From: Eledone cirrhosa
Taxonomy: Eukaryota
Reading direction: 5' to 3'
NCBI GenBank assembly: GCA_964016885.1
Contig: OZ024743.1
Span: forward strand, 23,560,001-23,624,000
Length of the DNA stretch: 64,000 nt
Under the pieces are notes generated by a model. It saw only the letters and a list, made by a program, of their open reading frames with translations, had not been told where the DNA came from and searched no databases. The position numbers and the translations under genes were made by a program. Below, in pieces: positions 53,130 through 64,000 of this stretch. Each line of letters starts with the position of its first letter. Positions within the stretch are counted from its first letter, which is position 1.

Positions 53130-53137
<8 letters not shown>
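52551..53137 (+). mobile_element. Non-autonomous retroposon, copy 2, with 5' inversion and an RTE 3' coding segment (52945-53110)
   Basis: 52551-52666 is the reverse complement of 52069-52184. The rest is colinear with 52187-52503 apart from an extra segment encoding RRGPP...TVERDL...W...LAADRTRW. Confidence 0.8.
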
Positions 53138-53215
<78 letters not shown>

Positions 53216-53534
53216 CATCATCATCATCATCATTTTACGTCCGCTTTTCCCTGCTTGCAAGGATATATATATATATATCGAGCCCTCTTTGGATTTTAGT
53301 CTTCAAATTTATTATTATTACTATATATATATATATATATATACATATATATATACATACATATATATATATATATATACATACATATATAAAAAGCACC
53401 CAGCACTCACTGTAAATGAGGTTGGTGTTAGGAAGGGCATCCAGCTTTAGAAATCAGGGAAAAAGCGGACGTAAAATGAAATGATGATGATGATGATGAT
53501 ATATATATATATATATATATATATATCATCATCA

Positions 53535-55282
53535 TTGTGTTACTACTTCTATATAGAAGTAGTAACACAACAGTTAGTTCACCATACTGAAAACAATTGT
53601 TTCACCTTATGCAGATCTTCAGCTCGGACTGGTAATGGTTATACAGAACAGGAAAAATAACCATATGAACGCACATGCGCAGAAATGGTCACTTCACCCA
53701 TGCGATACAAAACCACGGGTGAAAGGTGAAAGGGAGATAACTGCGAATGTTTGGAATAAATTGTTCGAGTTGATTAGAATATTAGAATGTTGCTGTTATT
53801 CAATCCAGAGCTATGTAGTTATGCAAGAGGTGTTTCCAAACGTGTGTACAACGTGAGAAGATTTCATCTCTTGAGTTTAGGCAATCGCTATTGCGTAATC
53901 TCCTTAGAATATTTATCCTTTCTTCAATACACAGTTCACAAGACGGATTATCCCTTGCGTATGGCTTGGACTTAGTGATAGCTTTCTATTGAATGGAGTA
54001 GTCTATACCTGTGTCTTTGAGGGACCATACGTCGCTCGCGAGCTTCGTGGATGATCGTTTGTTCCGATACCTAAAGATGGATAGATGGTTCAGAAAGCAT
54101 TCCTTAAATCGGCCCTCCACCATACCCACATAGGATTTGACCTCCTGTGGTTGATTTGGTCGGTTGGAAGTGACCACAGCTTCATAAACTACAGCAGGTG
54201 TGTTGCATTGCTGTTGAAGAGGACAAGCTTCAGGCTTTCGGCAAAGCATCCTGGTGGGGGTGTTGCTCTTAGGACTGTTGGTGATGTGGGCCTTTATATT
54301 CATAGCGCAGGTGTATCCTAGTTTTACTCTGTGTCTGTTAAAGATGGAGCAGTATCTGTGACCTATGGGAAAGTGTCTATCTAAGAGGGCTAAAAAATGT
54401 TTTCCTACATTAGTTTTAACATTGAGTGAGAAGGGAGGAGAGAACCAGATAGTTTGTCTATTGGTACGATTTCTTTTCTTATTGCTGTTGGTGTTAGTGG
54501 GGGAGTAAGTAATTGGTTGCAGGAAGCCGCTGTTTTCTAATGCCGTGTTATATTAGGGTGCTGCTCTGTCAAAGATTGCTTTATTAGAGGAGAGGTTAGA
54601 GATTCTAGTACTGATATTATTTATGAAGTTTCTAAAAACAGTAGGAGGGTGGCATGAGTCTTTGTGTATGTAATTAAGTTTTTCGTTTAGTTTATAGAAG
54701 GGTCTGAAGGTATGTGTGCGAAGGTCTAAATTAATGTCTAAGAAATCTACGCTAGAGAGGTTGGTAGCTACTGTTATCCTAAGTCCTAACTCATTAAAAG
54801 AGGAAATTAAAACTTTTTTAAACCGGTCCAGGTCATGATCACTTTTATGGCTCGATAAGGTCATACCATCATCGCGGTATATTCCCGTGTGGAAGCCCGG
54901 GAATCTAACACATAATATGTATAAAATAAATAAGCCAACCAAGTCGCATACGTCAGCACTGTCAAACGATCCAATGGAGACGTCGAATAGCTCTGAAGTG
55001 GTTGACTTCTTTGTCCAGGCTACTCCGTTGATGAAGAGCAGGGTTTTCCGGCAGTGTGCGATGATCTCCCTGTCTAAAATATGGACAGTAGTGTAAGTGG
55101 TAGCAAATTCCAACGCTTTGTTTAACAGGGTCTCTGAGATCGACGGGTAAAAATTCCAACTCTTTATTTAACAGGGTCTCTAACTGTCGTGAACTAACTG
55201 TTGTGTTACTACTTCTACCAAACTAGTTCCATGGATTGAGTGCTCTACCACTACGGATATTACCTTCCAGTGTTCTACTTTA
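53535..55282 (-). mobile_element. Penelope-like element (Naiad/Chlamys-type), 5' truncated, RT + GIY-YIG, inverted pLTR end
   Basis: RT FDVSIGSFDSADVCDLVG..IYRDDG..DFLD; GIY-YIG CPLQQQC..VVYEA..SYVG..FKECF.NH; C-terminus CELCIEER..LNSRDEIFSRCTH. The pLTR 3' segment gtgaactaactgttgtgttactacttcta is inverted at 55189-55217. Confidence 0.9.
53587..53627 (-). ncRNA. Minimal hammerhead motif in the Penelope pLTR
   Basis: Minus strand: CCGAG-CUGAAGA-ucugcauaaggu-GAAA-CAAUUG-UU-UUCAG. Palindromic stem III; stems I and II partly mismatched. Confidence 0.55.
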
Positions 55283-55484
55283 TATATATATATACGTATA
55301 TATATATATATATACACTCATACATATATATACATGTGTGTGTGTGTAATTATATGTAAAGTAACATTTATTGCTGACTTTTGTCAAAGAAACATATTTG
55401 TTTTAAACCAAAAAAGTTGACTGAACTGAAGCAATGCTCTACAGAGTATTTGTTACAGGATGGAATAAGCCAAAAACATATAGC

Positions 55485-55729
<245 letters not shown>

Positions 55730-56180
55730 AATGTTGTCATTGTTGTTGTTTTAGTTAGTGGAATGTTTGATCTAATCTCTAGTTGCCTACAACATCTAAA
55801 TTCCTATATGACACAGAAAGTATTCCTTGACCTTTCCTCCTAGAACACACACATGTACACACACACACGTACACACGTACACACGTACACACACACATAT
55901 ATACACATACATCTGCATAGACACTTGCACACACAGAAACACATACATTGTCACAAACACATAGACACACATGCACACTTACACAATCACATGCATTCAA
56001 ACATACACATACACACACACAATCACATGCATTCATACATACACTTACACACATACACAAACATGCATTTACACACACTCAGTCAAGGATAGTATAAACT
56101 ATCCTTGATGTCTTCCAAAAGTAACGGTTGCATTTTGAAAGGGTACGTCAATATTTATTTATAAAACTGGTATATATTGT

Positions 56181-56243
56181 ATTTTGTCTGATGAAAGCAT
56201 ACCATAATTTAACATGGTATCCTTGAAATATGTATAATAAAAT
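56181..56243 (+). ncRNA. Minimal type-I hammerhead ribozyme
   Basis: AUUUUGU-CUGAUGA-AAGCAUACCAU..AUGGUAUCCUU-GAAA-UAUGUA-UA-AUAAAAU. Confidence 0.8.
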
Positions 56244-56368
56244 AGATATGGTTTTATAAATATAGTTTCCATTTGTTAATATCGTATATATATATATATA
56301 TATATATTTCGTTTCTGAATTTGTTTAGCAAGATTCTTTATCTGAAAACGTGTGTTGAAACCGATATT

Positions 56369-56790
56369 GTTATGCTTTGGGAGGGTCATATTGTCAATAA
56401 GAAACACATGCACCAGTTGCTTTCACTTCAATTTATTATAAATTAAATTTATGAATTTAAGAATTTATAAATTTCCAGTTGGTTGGTTGGTTCCACAACC
56501 AGACGATTGTTCATATATTGTCAAAGACACAACACACACAAAAACGAGATGGCGTAGGACAGAACAAAGGAGGAGCACAAAAACAAAGAAAAAAATCCCC
56601 AGTCACTGAAGAAGTCACAGAATGTGTGACGAAAGAACTTTGACAATATATGAACAATCGTCTGGTTGTGGAACCAACCAACCGGAAATTTATAAATTCT
56701 TAAATTTATAAATTTAATTTATAATAAATTGAAGTGAAAGCAACAACTGGTGTGTGTGTTTCTTATTGGCAACATGACCCTCCCAAAGCA

Positions 56791-56794
<4 letters not shown>
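56369..56794. repeat. Inverted repeat, ~157-bp arms (56369-56526 / 56638-56794)
   Basis: Arms are near-identical reverse complements. The spacer contains a hammerhead motif. Confidence 0.92.
56602..56644 (+). ncRNA. Hammerhead motif (CUGAAGAA variant)
   Basis: GUCA-CUGAAGA-A-GUCACA..UGUGAC-GAAA-GAAC-UU-UGAC. Confidence 0.6.
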
Positions 56795-56833
<39 letters not shown>

Positions 56834-56873
56834 TCAAAATATTAACAAAAATAGACATTCGTGTGATCAAGTA

Positions 56874-56940
56874 TATTTTATTATACATATTTCAGAGGTA
56901 CTGAGCTATCTTCAACAGTACGTCCTCCTCAGATAAAATA
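56874..56940 (-). ncRNA. Minimal type-I hammerhead ribozyme
   Basis: Minus strand: UAUUUUAU-CUGAGGA-GGACGUACUG..CAGUACCUCU-GAAA-UAUGUA-UA-AUAAAAUA. Confidence 0.75.
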
Positions 56941-57259
56941 AGATGATGCATGACATACCCTGACTTAGTAGATGGTTAAGATTCAGTCATGGTAGTGAAT
57001 AAGATATGACAAAACTCAATATTTATATACCTTAAGATTGAGACATGAAAAAATTACATATAATACAGAGGGTGCGTGTGAGAAAGCTTAAACATACATA
57101 ATAGCAATTTACATAACTGTTAGAGATTCAAATAATTTAAATTATTGAAGAGAGAAGAAAGACAGAGAAACAGATGAGAAAAAGATAGTTACTAGAAGTA
57201 TAGAAAGCAAAAGAGAATTGATCAAGGATTGACTTATTCATTGAACCTTGTTTAACCTT

Positions 57260-57298
<39 letters not shown>

Positions 57299-57547
57299 CA
57301 TATATATATACACATATAGAATTCACAAGAATCAAAGCTATGTTCAAAGCATTTATTCACTTACAATTGTGAATTCTATATAACTGCTCTGTAGAATAAC
57401 TGATGTTATTACATTGAGCTATTTATCTTACTGGTAATAAGGTAGTAATAAATTACTCACCTTCACTGTTTAGGGTTTAAAATATACATAACTATAAAAA
57501 GTTTTAATATATACGTAACCATAAATAGTATCCTTAATATTATATAT

Positions 57548-57592
<45 letters not shown>

Positions 57593-57638
57593 AAGGGTAA
57601 AGAGAAATAACAACACAATCGGTACAGTATATGGAAGG

Positions 57639-57741
<103 letters not shown>

Positions 57742-57847
57742 CCCCCCCCCATTCTCAAGAGCGTGAAACTAATAAACCTTTGTTCATACTGCCTCTCTGT
57801 TTTGTTCCTCTTCCATTTTTCACTATATATATACATATATATATATA

Positions 57848-58808
57848 TCATCATCATCATCATCGTTTAACGTCCATGTTCCACGCTTGCATGGGTTTGG
57901 ACGGGAGTTTTCCCACTTGAGGCAAGAGTGGTTGTCATTGCTCGCATAGGACTGTCTGGCGGGTTTTCTACAGCTGGATGCCCTTCCTAACACCAACCAC
58001 ATTTACAGTGTGGGGCTGGGAGGTTTTTACCGTGTTGCCTACACGGCCACATTACAGCGTGAACTGTGTGTTTTTTTGTCGTGACACCTACACGATCTCA
58101 TTTGTTTCGTCCTGGATGTTGTGGCACCAACATAACTTTACATTGAAAGGGACGATGTGGATGGGGTGGGGGGGGTGTATTTTGTTAGAGATGCCTACTG
58201 ACTGTAGTAGGTTTTACTTTGTATTTAGGTAAGGCGGGTCTTCTCTATTACTGAGTACCGCCAAAGGTCTCGGTCCAGTGACATTGTCTTGGAGAGGTGT
58301 AAGTGTGTGAGGTCGGAATTTAACAGCTCGTCCCAGGTTTTTCTGGGTCTGCCTACTCCGTGGCTACCGTCTATTTTTATTGCCCTGCACTTTGTTATAC
58401 AGCTGTCGTCTTTCATGCGCATCACGTGACCATACCAACGTAGCCTTCTCTCGAGTAAACAACATCTGATCCCTCTTATTTCTAATTTTTTCCTTAGTTC
58501 GTTTATGCTTTGCCGTTCACGTATATTACTGTTACACATCCAGCGGAGCATGCAAGCTTCGTTCCTCTCTAGTCTGCGTATATCCTCTGCACACAATGCC
58601 CAGGTCTCACTGCCATGCAACATTGCTGTTCGTATGCAGGCATCATACAACCTGCCTTTCATTTTTAGGGAGAACCCTTTAGTGGCTAATAGTGGTATAA
58701 GCTCTTTGAACTTTTTCCATCCAGTTCTGACTCTAGCTACTGTACTTTCAGAGCACCCTCCCCCACTGCTAATTTTGTCACCCAGGTAACGGAAGCTGTC
58801 CACTATTA
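57848..58808 (-). mobile_element. RTE LINE 3' fragment
   Basis: ORF 58225-58827; single-unit 3' UTR; (TA)n on both sides. Confidence 0.95.
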
Positions 58809-59954
58809 TATATATATATATATACACACAAAAAGAGAGAGAGATTCTTTACTTGTTTAAGTTATTAGACTACAACCATAGTGATGTGACATCTTCATTT
58901 AGTCAATCATATTGATCCTAGTTCCTATTTTTTTCAAATCTGATGCTTATTTTTTCAATCTCATTTTTTGTCAAATCGGTAAGTTTTAGGTCATAAACTC
59001 AGATACGACGAAGATACGGACACACATATACATATAAATACATACATGAGGACTGCATCTTCACAGACAAATCTCCTATTGATTCTTCATTGTCTTCCCA
59101 TCACATCCATGACTTCTTAGATGACTTTGTAGACGAGCTGTAGATCTGCATGGTTGACAATACAGGTGACAAAAAAAGAGTTGTGCTTTTCACAGAACTG
59201 GTGGGATCACCCTGTAGGACACAATCTTTATGCACCACACTGTGATTTTTTAGTCCGGAACTAGTTCTACACACTTTGTTGCATATCACGTATGATTTTG
59301 ACATACATACATACATATATATAAGATTCTGGGACACATAGATTGAAGTCACGCAAATCTACCAAATTTCTTCTCTTCGACACACACACACACACAACGA
59401 CACCCAGCCACCCCCTTACCTTCCACCCTGGACCTCCAGACCAGACCTTTCACTCACCTCCCCCTATCACCATTTTTTTTTTAACTTCCTTCCCTAGCCT
59501 TCTCACACTACTCACACATGTATCTGTTCTCTCCTTATCTGCATTTTCCTGAAGAAGGACTTCTGTCTGAAACATTGAAACCTCCTCCATTTCCACCAAG
59601 CGTGAAACTAATATAACTGTGTAAAATTGCCTCCTGTATTTTGTGTTTCATTTATTAACTACATATATATATATGTGAGCGTGTTCTGTTATTATTTCTG
59701 GTAATATTATAACAATATAACCCTCCCCAAGTATCATCATCATCATCATCATTTAACGCTAGCATTAAAATAACAGATTAAAGTTTAAGCAAAGAATCGG
59801 TGCTTTCACCCTTAACAGGATCTTCTGAAACTGTTAATGTTTTAATAGATATTTGCTCTAGGGTTCTTATATATTTGATATATATTTATCCTTATTGAGC
59901 CCTCCTTGGATTTTAGTCTTCGCATTTATTATTATTACTATATATATATATATA

Positions 59955-60362
59955 TGCCTATGTACAAAGTGAAACCTACATTCAGTAGGCACCTCTTAAC
60001 CAAAATACACCCCCATCCCACTATCTCTACCCCACCCCCATCAACACCACCCCTTTCTCTGTAAAGTTATGTTGGTACCACAACATCCAGTCCGAAATAA
60101 ATGAGGTTGTGTAGGTGTCACAACAAAAAAAACACACAGTCCGTGCTGTAATGTGGCCATGTAGGTAACACGGTAAAAACCTCCCAGTTCCACACTGTAA
60201 ACGTGGTTGGTGTTAGGAAGGGCATCCAGCCATAGAAAACCCGCCAGACAGTCCTATATGAGCAGGACAACCAATCTTGCTTCAAGTGGGAAAATTCCCA
60301 TCCAAACCTATGCAAGCGTGGAAGATGGACGTTAAACAATGATGATGATGATGATGATGATG

Positions 60363-60365
<3 letters not shown>
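59955..60365 (+). mobile_element. RTE 3' UTR only
   Basis: Homologous to 51215-51633; (GAT)n tail; (TA)n on both sides. Confidence 0.9.
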
Positions 60366-60411
<46 letters not shown>

Positions 60412-60577
60412 CTATCTTAAAATATACTTGCCCAAAGTTCCACACTGTTGGACTGAATCCAGAACAATGTGGCTGCAAAGCAAACTCCTTAATCACACAG
60501 CCATACCTGCATATATTTGTGTGTGCGCGTGTATGTATAATCATTGACAATGATGACGGCAAATGTGAAGATCATAT

Positions 60578-60770
60578 TGGTTGTGGTAGTGGTAGTGGTT
60601 GTGGTGGTGGTGGTGGTGGTAGTGGTGGCAGTGGTGGTGGTGGTGACAGTGGTGGTGGTAGTGGAAACGGTGGTGGTGGTGGTGGTGGTGTTGCTGGTAT
60701 TGGTGGTGGCATTGGTGGTGGTGGTGGTGGTGGTGTTGGTGGCGGTGCTGGTGCTGCTGGTAGTAGTGTG
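60578..60770. repeat. Degenerate (GGT)n tract
   Basis: Low-complexity triplet repeat. Confidence 0.9.
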
Positions 60771-61113
60771 ACACCCAAACTTACATAACATAAGAACGCA
60801 CTTGCTCATACATACTTGGCCTTCTAGAGTTCAGCCTATTAAATACTAGAATGCCCCTCCCTACAAACACACGGGCACACACACACACACACACAGTCCA
60901 TATAAATCAAATGTAAATAAACAGAAGGAGGACTTGGCCCTAGATGTGCACATTTCTATGATATATACACTTGACAAAGAACATACAAATGGGTAATACT
61001 TACCTTCCTCTTCCTATTCGTCTCTTACTGTGTCACACAAAAAAGCATTTTGCAACTTTACCAGAACTATTAAATTACAAAAACAAGAATTCCCAAAACC
61101 ACAATAATAATAA

Positions 61114-61301
61114 TTGTTTCTACTTTTGGCACAAGGCCAGCAATTACCCAGTACATTACTGGTACTTTATTTTATCAACCCCGTAAGGATGAAAGGCAAA
61201 GTTGACCTCGGTGGGATTTGAACTCAGAATGGAAAGGGCCGTAACTTTATGCGTCAAAGCATGACGTCCGACCCTCTACCGATACTGCTAATCCACCGCC
61301 C
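61114..61301 (-). mobile_element. SINE copy
   Basis: Full short form between (AAT)n tracts. Confidence 0.9.
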
Positions 61302-61311
61302 TAAATACTAC

Positions 61312-61360
<49 letters not shown>

Positions 61361-61361
<1 letters not shown>

Positions 61362-61629
61362 GGAATGATACCTAAGGGGTCTAATGATTACTTATCGCAA
61401 ATCCCAGGAAACCCGCGTATAGGAGAAATACAAAAGATAGTACTAATGGGAACTGCCCATATACTAAGGAAGATTCTGTCAATATAAGTACATCACAAGT
61501 CTAAACACTAAAGATGCATGTGTGAGTATGTATGTTCTTTCTTGAACGTGGCGGACCTTGTTGTCTCTTGAGGTTACTGGTTGTGACTTGGTGATAACTC
61601 GTATGAACATAAAGCAAGATAAATGCAAC

Positions 61630-61630
<1 letters not shown>
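61361..61630 (+). mobile_element. R4/Dong-type 3' end (family B)
   Basis: Near-identical to 63229-63500 (IQKIVLMGTAHILRKILSI*). Confidence 0.9.
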
Positions 61631-61665
<35 letters not shown>

Positions 61666-61666
<1 letters not shown>

Positions 61667-62439
61667 CTTTCTTTATTAACCACAAGGGTTTACACAAAGT
61701 AGACATTAAGGACAGTACAGGACAATACAGGATGGTACAAATGGGCATGTAAAAAAAAACAAAAAAAACAGAGGATGTAATAAAAGAACAATGAAAAATT
61801 CCCCAATAGGGGGGAGGCTTCTGAGGGCCATCGTGGAGAAAGCCCATTAAAAAAACCACGGTGACCCTGACCACCAGGGCAATTGTCATCTCCCAGTTTT
61901 CACCTTCAATTTACAGGCATATACTCAGAGTAGGTCCATTCACTCGGGCCATTCTTGCCTCTCTCACCCATTTTTCAACAAAAAGCTGGGAAGAGAACCC
62001 CTCCCTCTCTACCCTGATTTTCCTTTTCAAATGAAATCGGAAAAAGTTAATCAGGGCATCACCGAAGAGGTAAGTGCTCGTCTTCAGCTCTTTCAGACAC
62101 ATCCACCATACTATCTCTTTCGCCATGACCACCAGACAGATAAAAACTGCCTGCCCTTCCTGGCTAAAGAAAGAGGGCGGGGCAATCCGCACGATGGACT
62201 CAGCTGATAGTTGCATCCGTTCTACATGCGGCAGCAGGTGTTCAACATAAACCCACAAGTCAGCAATGCTTGAACACTGGACGAGTGCATGCAGGACGGT
62301 TTCGTCGCCCTGCGCGCATCTCGGACATGCCCAGCTGACGGCACCTCCATGCCTGTAGAGTTTATCCTGAACTGGCAAAGCTCCTCGGTAGCACTGCCAG
62401 GCCAGGGATTTCTGGAAGTTGTCCATAGGCCCCGGCCCG
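61666..62439 (-). mobile_element. Tx1-clade 3' fragment (second family)
   Basis: GPMDNFQKSLAWQCYRGALP..CPRC..ETVLHALVQC. Ends cccttgtggttaataaagaaagc(ATT)n. Confidence 0.9.
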
Positions 62440-62455
62440 ATAATAATAATAATAA

Positions 62456-62637
62456 TTGTTTCTACTTTTGGCACAAGGCCAGCAATTACTTCAGTGTATT
62501 ACTGATACTTTATTTTATCGACCCCATAAGGATGAAAGGCAAAGTTAACCTCAGCGGGATTTGAACTCATACCATAAAGGGCTGTAACTCTTTGCTGCAA
62601 AGCATGGCATCCGACCCTCTACAGATACTGCCAATCC
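62456..62637 (-). mobile_element. SINE copy
   Basis: Same family, reverse complement. Confidence 0.9.
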
Positions 62638-62656
62638 AAATAATAATAATAATAAT

Positions 62657-62771
62657 GATTTCATTTATTAGCCACAAGGGCCGAAATGTAGGGAACAATA
62701 CAAAGACAGGGACAGTGGGGGTTTATAATAAGGTCGAGTAAAAGTGCACAATGGCAAGACTAATTTAACAA

Positions 62772-62772
<1 letters not shown>
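62657..62772 (-). mobile_element. Tx1-like 3' UTR end (third family)
   Basis: Minus-strand end gcccttgtggctaataaatgaaatc(ATT)n resembles the other Tx1 termini. Confidence 0.6.
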
Positions 62773-62833
<61 letters not shown>

Positions 62834-63500
62834 TCAATGTGCAGTCCTATAGCTCCAACCGAATACCTAAACAGGCATGACAGAGCTGCACAATACATAC
62901 ATTGGATAATGTGTAAGCATTTTGACCTGCCCCATCAAAAGAATTGGTGGGAGCATCAACCACCTCCCATACTTGAAAAAGATCACATCTCAATCTTGTG
63001 GAACTTTAGCATCCAAACAGTCCGAAAAATAGATGCAAATAGACCTGATATAATATTGAAGGACTTTAAAAAGAGGGTATGCCTGCTAATTGATATGTCC
63101 GTTCCAATAGACAAGAATGTATCTATAAAAACATTTGAAAAATTGAGCAAGTATAAGGACCTGGAGATAGAAATTGGAAAAATGTGGAAATTGAGAACTA
63201 AAACAATACCAGTGGTTGTAGGCGCTCTAGGAATGATACCTAAGGGGTCTAATGATTACTTATCGCAAATCCCAGAAAACCCGCGTATAGGAGAAATACA
63301 AAAGATAGTACTAATGGGAACTGCCCATATACTAAGGAAGATTCTGTCAATATAAGTACATCACAAGTCTAAACACCTAAAGATGCATGTGTGAGTATGT
63401 ATGTTCTTTCTTGAATGTGGCGGACCTTGTTGTCTCTTGAGGTCACTGGTTGTGACTTGGTGATAACTCGTATGAACATAAAGCAAGATAAATGCAGCTG
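62834..63500 (+). mobile_element. R4/Dong-type RLE 3' fragment (family B)
   Basis: EYLNRHD...NRPDIILKD..LIDMSVP..EKLSKYKDL..GALG; (TAA)n flanks. Confidence 0.9.
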
Positions 63501-63516
63501 TAATAATAATAATAAT

Positions 63517-63780
63517 GTAAAAAGGATTTGGAACTGCCATGAGGTCAAAGTGGTCCCGATTGTCATAGGCGCACTAGGTACTATCTCAAGGAGTTTCCAA
63601 GGATGGTTAAAGAAAATTGGTCCCGCCCCGCTTTTTGGAACACTTCAAAAGGCATGCTTGCTGGGAACAGCAAGAACCCTCCGATACGTCCTGAATATCT
63701 GAGGCTGCAGGTAGTGGCTTGATATTCATTTCAACAAACTTTCCAGTTAAATAACATCGATGACTGAGACTCAAAGAACA
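63517..63780 (+). mobile_element. R4/Dong-type 3' end (family A)
   Basis: Reverse-complement match to 11400-11665. Confidence 0.9.
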
Positions 63781-63803
63781 GTAATAATAATAATGATAAT
63801 AAT

Positions 63804-63949
63804 GATTTCTTTATTGGCCACAAGGGCTGACATCAAGAAAAACATTACAGATGGCACAGGACGGTACAGGACGGTACAATGTGGGTTTTGTGTGTGTAAA
63901 GATTTTTATTATTTATAAAAGAAAAGAAAAGGAAAAGGCATAGAAACAT

Positions 63950-63964
<15 letters not shown>
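63804..63964 (-). mobile_element. Tx1 family 1 3' UTR
   Basis: Reverse-complement match to 13576-13737 and 16863-17014. Confidence 0.9.
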
Positions 63965-63989
<25 letters not shown>

Positions 63990-64000
63990 AGGGAATGAAT

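Noticed and set aside
53780-54303. Selenocysteine-encoding Naiad element
   Set aside because: The conserved Cys codons inspected are TGT, and the in-frame stop is TAG at a Trp position.
59544-59582. Further hammerhead candidates (59544-59582 +, 40706-40736 -, 1335-1385 -)
   Set aside because: A core is partly present but the stems or cleavage triplet are too degenerate to call.

Overview
AT-rich, microsatellite-dense eukaryotic DNA with no recognisable host-gene exon. The tRNA-derived Nin/Deu-domain SINEs, RTE LINEs and very abundant (TA)n/(TG)n/(AAT)n tracts suggest an octopus or other cephalopod genome (inference). The window is almost entirely transposon debris: RTE, Tx1/L1, CR1, R4/Dong-type and CRE-type non-LTR fragments, Penelope-like elements, a complete non-autonomous Helitron with a spliced STPR-repeat remnant, Tc1/mariner, Merlin and piggyBac-type remnants, and SINEs. 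Points worth a second look: (1) about 8 minimal type-I hammerhead ribozyme motifs in small non-coding modules, often with a fold-back and lying beside (TA)n tracts, resembling retrozymes or Penelope pLTRs; (2) a twister-like ribozyme fold at the 5' end of a ~610-bp non-autonomous RTE-derived retroposon; (3) 'trains' of retroelement 3' ends in (AAT)n with a consistent orientation rule, while RTE and Penelope copies use (TA)n; (4) twin-priming-type 5' inversions in RTE-type elements; (5) a 42/43-bp tandem array whose hairpin shows compensatory changes; (6) a 99-bp minisatellite open in four reading frames. All calls were made by eye and coordinates are approximate unless motif-defined.
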